This document shows, in pieces, positions 58,061-64,000 of a DNA stretch of 64,000 bases. The position numbers were made by a program, and so were the translations under genes. The DNA lies in assembly GCA_029762535.1 (NCBI GenBank), contig JARVGK010000004.1:17633-81632 (forward strand), given 5' to 3'. This stretch comes from Thermoplasmatota archaeon (GTDB taxonomy: Archaea > Thermoplasmatota > Penumbrarchaeia > Penumbrarchaeales > Penumbrarchaeaceae). Position 1 is the first letter of the stretch. Each line of letters starts with the position of its first letter. The notes under the pieces are model-generated. The model was not told where the DNA came from. It ran no database searches and worked only from the letters and a program-made list of their open reading frames with translations.

Positions 58061-59176
58061 ATGGCGGCGAGGAAGAAGAAGGAAGAGACCGAGGAGATCC
58101 CGGTGGTCGAGGGAACGCAGGAAGAGGTCGAGGGACCAAAGACGGCACCGGAGGTCCCAGAGCAGGCGAACGCTGAGGAGCCGGTCGTCGAAAAGGCGGA
58201 AAAGTCCAAAAAGAGGTCCTCCCCGAAAAAGAAGGAGACCGAGACCAAGGAAGAGGTAAAGGGCGAGGACATATCCGAACCCCCTGTCGATGAGAAGGCG
58301 GAAAAGCCCAAGAAAAGGGCCCCTTCCAAAAAGAAGGAGACCGAGACCAAGGAAGAGGTAAAGGGCGAGGACATATCCGAACCCCCTGTCGATGAGAAGG
58401 CGGAAAAGCCCAAGAAAAGGGCCCCTTCCAAAAAGAAGAAGGCCGAGACCAAGGAAGAGGTAAAGGGCGAGGACATACCCGAACCCCCTGTCGAGGAAGC
58501 CGCCGTCGACGCCGTTCCGGAGGAGTCTGTCCCCGAACCGGCGGAGGAGGAGGACAAGGCCTCAAAGAAAAAGGGGCCAAAGAAGGAGGAGAAGATGGAG
58601 GAAGGGCCCGGAAGGGAGCGCCTCATGTTCGGACGCTACAACGTCAAGGACGTCATCGTTGAGGACCCTGGTCTCAGGCTCCTCATCAACCTGGACCCCG
58701 CGTTCGTACCCCACTCCAGCGCAAGGCACGCCAACAAGCCGTTCTACAAATCCAAGATATCCATAGTCGAGAGGCTTATAAACGGCATGATGAGGACCGA
58801 GAACTACACGGGCAAGAAGACCAAGAGTTACAGGGCGGTCCTTCAGGCCTTCGAGATCATCGAGGAGAGGACCAAGGAGAATCCCATACAGGTATACGTA
58901 AGGGCGCTCGAGAACTCCGCCCCGAGAGAGGAGGTCACCAGGCTCAAGTTCGGAGGAATATCCGTTCCCAAGTCCGTTGATACATCCCCCTCAAGGAGAT
59001 TGGACCTATCGATCCGCAACATCACGGTAGGATCCATAAAATCCTCGCACAAGAACAAGAAGACCATAGCCCAATGCCTTGCATCGGAACTCATTGCGGC
59101 ATCCAAGAACGATCAGCAGAGCTATGCGATCTCCAAGAAGGATGAATTGGAAAGGGTGGCCAAGAGCGCCCATTGA
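58061..59176 (+). CDS. rps7: 30S ribosomal protein uS7 with about 185-aa Glu/Lys/Pro-rich N-terminal extension
   Basis: C-terminal core IVERLIN, ENPIQV, NSAPREE, VDTSPSRR and KKDELERVA; GGAGG RBS before ATG 58061. Confidence 0.93.
   Translation: MAARKKKEETEEIPVVEGTQEEVEGPKTAPEVPEQANAEEPVVEKAEKSKKRSSPKKKETETKEEVKGEDISEPPVDEKAEKPKKRAPSKKKETETKEEVKGEDISEPPVDEKAEKPKKRAPSKKKKAETKEEVKGEDIPEPPVEEAAVDAVPEESVPEPAEEEDKASKKKGPKKEEKMEEGPGRERLMFGRYNVKDVIVEDPGLRLLINLDPAFVPHSSARHANKPFYKSKISIVERLINGMMRTENYTGKKTKSYRAVLQAFEIIEERTKENPIQVYVRALENSAPREEVTRLKFGGISVPKSVDTSPSRRLDLSIRNITVGSIKSSHKNKKTIAQCLASELIAASKNDQQSYAISKKDELERVAKSAH
58226..58492 (+). repeat. Intragenic 102-bp (34-aa) tandem repeat, about 2.6 near-identical copies
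   Basis: KKKETETKEEVKGEDISEPPVDEKAEKPKKRAPS starts at 58226, 58328 and about 58430. The third copy is partial and diverged. Confidence 0.9.
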
Positions 59177-59216
59177 TGAATGAGCGATATCAGGATCATT
59201 TCAAAGGTGAGCGATC

Positions 59217-61418
59217 ATGGGACGAAGGGAAGACAATATCAAGGAAGCGCAGAAGCTGATGGACAAGCCATCATTCATCAGGAACATCGGCATCGCAGCT
59301 CATATAGACCACGGCAAGACCACGCTGTCGGACAACCTCATCGCCGGAGCTGGGATGATGTCCGAGGAGCTGGCAGGAAAACAGCTCCTCCTCGACTTCG
59401 ACGAGCAGGAGCAGGCAAGGGGCATAACGATCAACGCGGCCAACGCATCGATGGTCCACAGGTTCAAGGACGAGACGTTCCTCATCAACCTCATAGACAC
59501 GCCGGGCCATGTCGACTTCGGCGGCGACGTGACAAGGGCCATGAGGGCCGTTGACGGGGTCGTCATCGTCTGCTGCGCCGTCGAGGGTGTCATGCCGCAG
59601 ACCGAGACCGTCATCAGGCAGGCCCTGAGGGAGAAGGTGAAGCCCACATTGTTCATAAACAAGGTTGACAGGCTTATCAACGAGCTCAAGGTCTCGCCGG
59701 AGGAGATGCAGAAGCGCTTCGTCGCCATCATCAAGCACATCAACGATCTCATCGCCAAGCTCGTGCCCGCAGATTTCAAGAACGACTGGTACGTCAAGCC
59801 CGAGATGGGATCGGTCGCTTTCGGTTCAGCATATCACAACTGGGCGACATCGGTCCCATACATGAAGGAGAAGAACGTGTCCTTCAAGGACATATACGAT
59901 CACTGCAACAACAACGACCAGAAGACCCTCGCCAAGAAGGCACCGCTGCACAAGGTCCTGCTGGATATGATCATCAAGCATCTTCCCAACCCGGTCACCG
60001 CCCAGAAGTACAGGATCCCGCATATATGGCACGGGGATCCGGAGAGCGAGCTCGGGAAGCACATGATCAATTGTTCTCCCAAGGGAGCGACGGTCCTGAT
60101 GGTCACCAAGATAATAATCGATCCCCACGCCGGGGAGATCGCCTCCGGAAGACTGTTCTCCGGTACCATAGAGAGGGGTCAGGAGCTTTACGTCATAGGC
60201 ATGCCTGGCTCGACCAGGGTCCAGGCGGTGGCCGTATCCGTCGGTCCCGACAGGATCACCGTGGATAACGCCATTGCCGGTAACATAGTCGCCGTATCAG
60301 GGCTGAGGGACGCCATCGCTGGCTCCACGGTATCGACCGATCCGGACCTGGATACGTTCGAGAGGATAGTCCACGTATCGGAACCGGTGGTGACCGTCGC
60401 CGTCGAGGCGAAGCACATGAAGGACCTGCCGAAGCTCGTCGAGGTACTGAGAATGATAGCCAAGGCCGACCCGTCCATCAAGGTGGAGATCAACAACGAG
60501 ACAGGTGAGAACCTCATGTCGGGCATGGGAGAGCTTCACCTCGAGATCACCGAATACAGGATAACACACGAGCATGGGGTAGAGATAAAATCCTCCCCTC
60601 CCATAGTGGTTTACAGGGAGGCCGTCCTGAGAAAGTCCGAAAGGGAGTTCGAGGGCAAATCTCCCAACAAGCATAACAGGTTCTACTTCAGGGTGGAGCC
60701 GCTGCCCAAGGAGGTCGTGGACGCGATCAAGAAAGGGGAGGTCCCATCCGACGAGAAGATAAAGGATCCCAAGGCCCTCGCGAAGAAGCTCTCGGAAATG
60801 GGCCTGGAACCCGAGGACGTCAAGCACGTCTATGCCATACACGGGCCCAACATATTCGTCAACTGCACGAAGGGGATACAGTACCTTCACGAGACCAAGG
60901 AGCTTCTCATCGAGGCATTCCTGGAGGCGACGAACAAGGGCCCCAGGACATGGGAGCCGGTCCAGGGTGTTATGGTCAAGCTGATGGACGCCAAGCTGCA
61001 CGAGGACTCCATTCACAGGGGCCCCGGGCAGGTGATCCCTGCGGCCAGGTCCGGGATCTACGGGGCCATGGTCGAGGCTGGGACATCGCTTCTGGAGCCC
61101 AGGGTCAAGCTGTTCATAACAGCCCCGCAGGACCTTTTAGGACCGATAAACAGAGAGCTGAACTCGAGGAGATGCACTATTGAGGACATGCCCATGGAAG
61201 GGGACCAGGTGACGGTCGTTTCAAAGGCGCCCGTCGCAGAGCTTTTCGGTTTCGCCGGCGCCATAAGAGGGGCCACTCAGGGCAGGGCCCTGTGGACGAC
61301 CGAATTCCAGGGATTCGAGCTGATCCCTAGGGAGATGCTAGACAGCATAACGAGAGAGATAAGGACGAGGAAAGGTCTCAAGCCAGACCCCCCAACCGCG
61401 GACTATTACTCCGCTTGA
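59217..61418 (+). CDS. fusA: Elongation factor aEF-2
   Basis: [21 protein letters not shown] and NKVD motifs, with diphthamide loop LHEDSIHRG. Confidence 0.98.
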   Translation: MGRREDNIKEAQKLMDKPSFIRNIGIAAHIDHGKTTLSDNLIAGAGMMSEELAGKQLLLDFDEQEQARGITINAANASMVHRFKDETFLINLIDTPGHVDFGGDVTRAMRAVDGVVIVCCAVEGVMPQTETVIRQALREKVKPTLFINKVDRLINELKVSPEEMQKRFVAIIKHINDLIAKLVPADFKNDWYVKPEMGSVAFGSAYHNWATSVPYMKEKNVSFKDIYDHCNNNDQKTLAKKAPLHKVLLDMIIKHLPNPVTAQKYRIPHIWHGDPESELGKHMINCSPKGATVLMVTKIIIDPHAGEIASGRLFSGTIERGQELYVIGMPGSTRVQAVAVSVGPDRITVDNAIAGNIVAVSGLRDAIAGSTVSTDPDLDTFERIVHVSEPVVTVAVEAKHMKDLPKLVEVLRMIAKADPSIKVEINNETGENLMSGMGELHLEITEYRITHEHGVEIKSSPPIVVYREAVLRKSEREFEGKSPNKHNRFYFRVEPLPKEVVDAIKKGEVPSDEKIKDPKALAKKLSEMGLEPEDVKHVYAIHGPNIFVNCTKGIQYLHETKELLIEAFLEATNKGPRTWEPVQGVMVKLMDAKLHEDSIHRGPGQVIPAARSGIYGAMVEAGTSLLEPRVKLFITAPQDLLGPINRELNSRRCTIEDMPMEGDQVTVVSKAPVAELFGFAGAIRGATQGRALWTTEFQGFELIPREMLDSITREIRTRKGLKPDPPTADYYSA

Positions 61419-61424
61419 TGGTAG

Positions 61425-61438
61425 TGAAGCTTTTAATA
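61425..61438 (+). promoter_or_regulatory. Putative internal TATA promoter for tuf
   Basis: TTTTAATA at 61431-61438 in the fusA-tuf gap; GGAGGT RBS before the tuf ATG. Confidence 0.45.
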
Positions 61439-61482
61439 TGAGTAGTAATTAAGGGGAACACCCGAGTTAGGAGGTATAATAG

Positions 61483-62760
61483 ATGGCAACGGAAAAACCA
61501 CATATGAACCTGGTGTTCATCGGGCATGTGGACCACGGGAAATCCACATCCGTGGGACGCGTGCTGCTCGACACAGGACACATAGAGAAGTATCTGATCG
61601 AGAAGTACAAGAAAGAGGCAGAGTCCAAGGGCAAGGGATCCTTCGAGTTCGCATGGGTCATGGACAACCTCAAGGAGGAGAGGGAGCGCGGTGTCACCAT
61701 CGATGTGGCCCACAAGAAGTTCACCTCCAACAAATACTACTTCACGATCATAGACGCCCCGGGACATCGTGACTTCGTGAAGAACATGATCACAGGAACA
61801 TCCCAGGCCGACGCGGCCGTCCTCGTGGTCGCCGCCCCTGAGGGTGTGATGGCGCAGACAAAGGAGCACGTTTTCCTTGCAAAGACCCTGGGCGTGAACC
61901 AGATCATAATCAACGTGAACAAGATGGACGCGACCAAGCCGGAGTACTCCGAGCAGCGCTTCAACGAGGTCAAGGATGACGTCGGCAAGCTCTTGAGGAT
62001 GGTCGGCTACAAGGACGACAGCGTCCAGTTCGTGCCCACCTCGGCCTTCATAGGGGACAACGTCGCCACCAAGAGCGACAAGCTCTCCTGGTGGAAGGGT
62101 CCCACCCTTCTGGAGTGCCTCGACAACCTGAAGATACCCGTAAAGCCGACACAGCTTCCCATGAGGCTTCCGGTCCAGGACGTTTATTCCATCACCGGTA
62201 TCGGCACCGTCCCGGTCGGAAGGGTCGAGACAGGGGTCATGAAGATCGGCGACAACGTCACCTTCTCCCCTTCTAATGTGGGTGGCGAGGTCAAGACCAT
62301 CGAGATGCATCACGAGACCATGCCGCAGGCGGAGCCTGGGGACAACGTCGGATTCAACGTGAGAGGCATAGGGAAGAACGACATCAAGAGGGGCGACGTC
62401 TGCGGACATTCCAGCAACAAGCCCACGGTAGCCAAGAGCTTCCTGGCCCAGATAGCCGTTCTCCAGCACCCGTCCGTGATTACGGTCGGATACACACCTG
62501 TGTTCCACCTTCACACGGCACAGGTCGCCTGCACCTTCGAAGAGCTCCAGAAGAAACTGGACCCCAAGACCGGCCAGGTCAAGGAGGAGAACCCCCAGTT
62601 CATCAGGACAGGGGATATCGCGATAGTGAAGATCACTCCGACCAGGCCTCTGGTCATCGAGAAGGTCAAGGAGATCCCGCAGCTTGGGAGGTTCGCCATA
62701 AGGGATATGGGGACCACCGTCGCCGCTGGAATGTGCCTCGACATCGAGAAGAAGGAGTAG
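61483..62760 (+). CDS. tuf: Elongation factor aEF-1 alpha
   Basis: [29 protein letters not shown] and [10 protein letters not shown] motifs. Confidence 0.98.
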   Translation: MATEKPHMNLVFIGHVDHGKSTSVGRVLLDTGHIEKYLIEKYKKEAESKGKGSFEFAWVMDNLKEERERGVTIDVAHKKFTSNKYYFTIIDAPGHRDFVKNMITGTSQADAAVLVVAAPEGVMAQTKEHVFLAKTLGVNQIIINVNKMDATKPEYSEQRFNEVKDDVGKLLRMVGYKDDSVQFVPTSAFIGDNVATKSDKLSWWKGPTLLECLDNLKIPVKPTQLPMRLPVQDVYSITGIGTVPVGRVETGVMKIGDNVTFSPSNVGGEVKTIEMHHETMPQAEPGDNVGFNVRGIGKNDIKRGDVCGHSSNKPTVAKSFLAQIAVLQHPSVITVGYTPVFHLHTAQVACTFEELQKKLDPKTGQVKEENPQFIRTGDIAIVKITPTRPLVIEKVKEIPQLGRFAIRDMGTTVAAGMCLDIEKKE

Positions 62761-62788
62761 GATCCCGGATAGGCAAGGAGGGTGGGGA

Positions 62789-63100
62789 TTGGTCGCAAAG
62801 GCAAGGATTTCATTGACCGGAACGGACGCCCAGAGCGTTGACGGAGTATGTAGCCAGATAAAGGGCATCTCCGAGAGGACCGGAGTCAATCTTTCCGGAC
62901 CGATCCCCCTCCCCACCAAAAGGCTCGTCGTACCGTGCAGGAAGAGCCCGGACGGCGAGGGGAACGAGACTTGGGATCGATGGGAGATCAGGGTGCATAA
63001 GCGATTGATCTTCCTCGATGCCGACGACAGGGCCCTCAGGGCCCTGATGAGGATCAAGGTCCCCGACGGGGTCAATATAGAGATCGTGCTTAGAAGCTAG
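62789..63100 (+). CDS. rps10: 30S ribosomal protein uS10
   Basis: [18 protein letters not shown] and [10 protein letters not shown] motifs. TTG start. Confidence 0.97.
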   Translation: MVAKARISLTGTDAQSVDGVCSQIKGISERTGVNLSGPIPLPTKRLVVPCRKSPDGEGNETWDRWEIRVHKRLIFLDADDRALRALMRIKVPDGVNIEIVLRS

Positions 63101-63138
63101 GCCCTCCAGGATTTGCCATCAGCCTGTCTTCACTGAAG

Positions 63139-63672
63139 CTATCTCCTTCTCCGATCGGGGGCGATGGTCCCCTTTATCATCTCATTGTCCATAGGATCGT
63201 TCAGGAACCTGAGGTTCCTTCCCTTTTTCCCGATCGATATATGCTTGTACATATCCTTTTCATGGTTAAGGGATCCCCTTATCTCCTTTCTGTCGATCAT
63301 TACCTCGAGAGCGATCAGCACTTCCCTGGGATCCGATCCTATGACCGAGGAGATATCCTCGATCGGGATCCTCTTGTTGGACCCGACCTTTGAGTAATGA
63401 AGATAGGATGCGATCATGTAGCGTATCCTCCTCCTTTTCTCAACTAGGACCCTCGACCATACCAGGGATGATATTAGGACGACCGCGCAGGAAGCAGTGA
63501 CGATCATCAGGGCGATCCCGAATCCACCTGTGGTGAAGGCATACATCGGCTCGGCGAAACGGATCCCGAAGGAGTAAAGGACTATGGATCCGAACATGAC
63601 AATGAAGATAAGGGAGGGTATGGACGTGGCTATGGAGACGGTCCTGAGGAACTTCCTATCGTACAAAAGCAT
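63139..63672 (-). CDS. Hypothetical membrane protein, two TMs plus winged-helix/PCI-like C-terminus
   Basis: Likely start ATG 63672 (MLLYDRKF); IPIEDISSVIG...LEVMIDRKEIRGSL pattern. The upstream extension in the track runs through the non-coding repeat. Confidence 0.55.
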   Translation of the reverse strand: MLLYDRKFLRTVSIATSIPSLIFIVMFGSIVLYSFGIRFAEPMYAFTTGGFGIALMIVTASCAVVLISSLVWSRVLVEKRRRIRYMIASYLHYSKVGSNKRIPIEDISSVIGSDPREVLIALEVMIDRKEIRGSLNHEKDMYKHISIGKKGRNLRFLNDPMDNEMIKGTIAPDRRRR

Positions 63673-63776
63673 GAGTAGAACATTGGACAATCTGCGATTT
63701 AACCTTTGTCGAGGATAGATTGGGTACCTGATAGTTGCCCAATGATCCCAAGAGATGGAAAATATGGCGCAGAGGG

Positions 63777-64000
63777 AGGGATATCTGGATCGTCCATAAT
63801 TTGACGACAATTCAGATCCAGATGTCCAGGAAAATGCCCGATGGGCATTTTTCGTATCTAATAATATTCGAGCACTCTTTTTCGTAGCTGTAAGAATCGA
63901 CGAAAGAAAAAGAGTACGAGTGCAGGGATATCTGGATCGTCCATAATTTGACGACAATTCAGATCCAGATGTCCAGGAAAATGCCCGATGGGCATTTTTC
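63777..64000. repeat. Exact 77-bp direct repeat (63777-63853 and 63924-64000), period 147, with internal hairpins; truncated by the window end
   Basis: AGGGATATCTGGATCGTCCATAATTTGACGACAATTCAGATCCAGATGTCCAGGAAAATGCCCGATGGGCATTTTTC occurs twice. Confidence 0.92.

Noticed and set aside
36855-61016. Many long antisense ORFs (e.g. 36855..37685, 42787..43860, 56277..57200, 57948..58626, 60297..61016)
   Set aside because: Each lies opposite a well-supported gene and has low-complexity or non-protein-like composition.
61378-63075. 565-aa minus-strand ORF
   Set aside because: Antisense shadow of tuf/rps10 caused by GC-rich codon bias.
63673-63957. N-terminal 94 codons of ORF 63139..63957
   Set aside because: They run through the palindromic repeat (SSNYGRSRYP appears twice); ATG 63672 is the more plausible start.
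63777-64000. CRISPR array
   Set aside because: The repeat of at least 77 bp and spacer of 70 bp are outside normal CRISPR ranges, only two copies are visible and there are no cas genes. Kept as an unclassified repeat.

Overview
This is an archaeal chromosomal segment, most consistent with Thermoplasmatota/Thermoplasmata (inferred from Rpo3/RpoD, aCPSF1, proteasome beta, CarS, aEF-2/aEF-1A and a class II HMG-CoA reductase). It has two parts. (1) About 1-31.5 kb is a visibly more AT-rich, mostly minus-strand surface-glycan island. It carries five GT4 enzymes, one GT2 plus two degenerate GT2 paralogues, DUF354, two Wzx flippases, a UDP-HexNAc 6-dehydrogenase and an unusually dense set of amide-forming or amide-tailoring genes. 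These are an adenylation enzyme, ACP and AcpS (carrier-protein chemistry is atypical for archaea), two NadE-like synthetases, a bacterial-type PrmC-like methyltransferase, a WbpG/PseA-like amidotransferase, two ATP-grasp ligases, a GNAT and a divergent M14 hydrolase. The most interesting inferred system is carrier-protein-dependent amino-acid or amide decoration of an acidic archaeal glycan. A secreted protein with a putative Cys-Gln thioester domain lies near the island edge. (2) About 31.5-64 kb is GC-rich core genome: lplA-like, the rps13-rps4-rps11-rpoD operon, HMGR, a presenilin homologue with a large insertion, aCPSF1, psmB, two membrane-anchored subtilases, carS, trmJ-like, truA, hypE and the rps12-rps7-fusA-tuf-rps10 cluster. 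uS7 carries a repeat-expanded N-terminal extension. The window ends in an exact 77-bp hairpin-rich direct repeat cut by the window edge. No rRNA, tRNA, transposase or canonical CRISPR array was recognised. All calls are by eye from motifs; no database searches were run.
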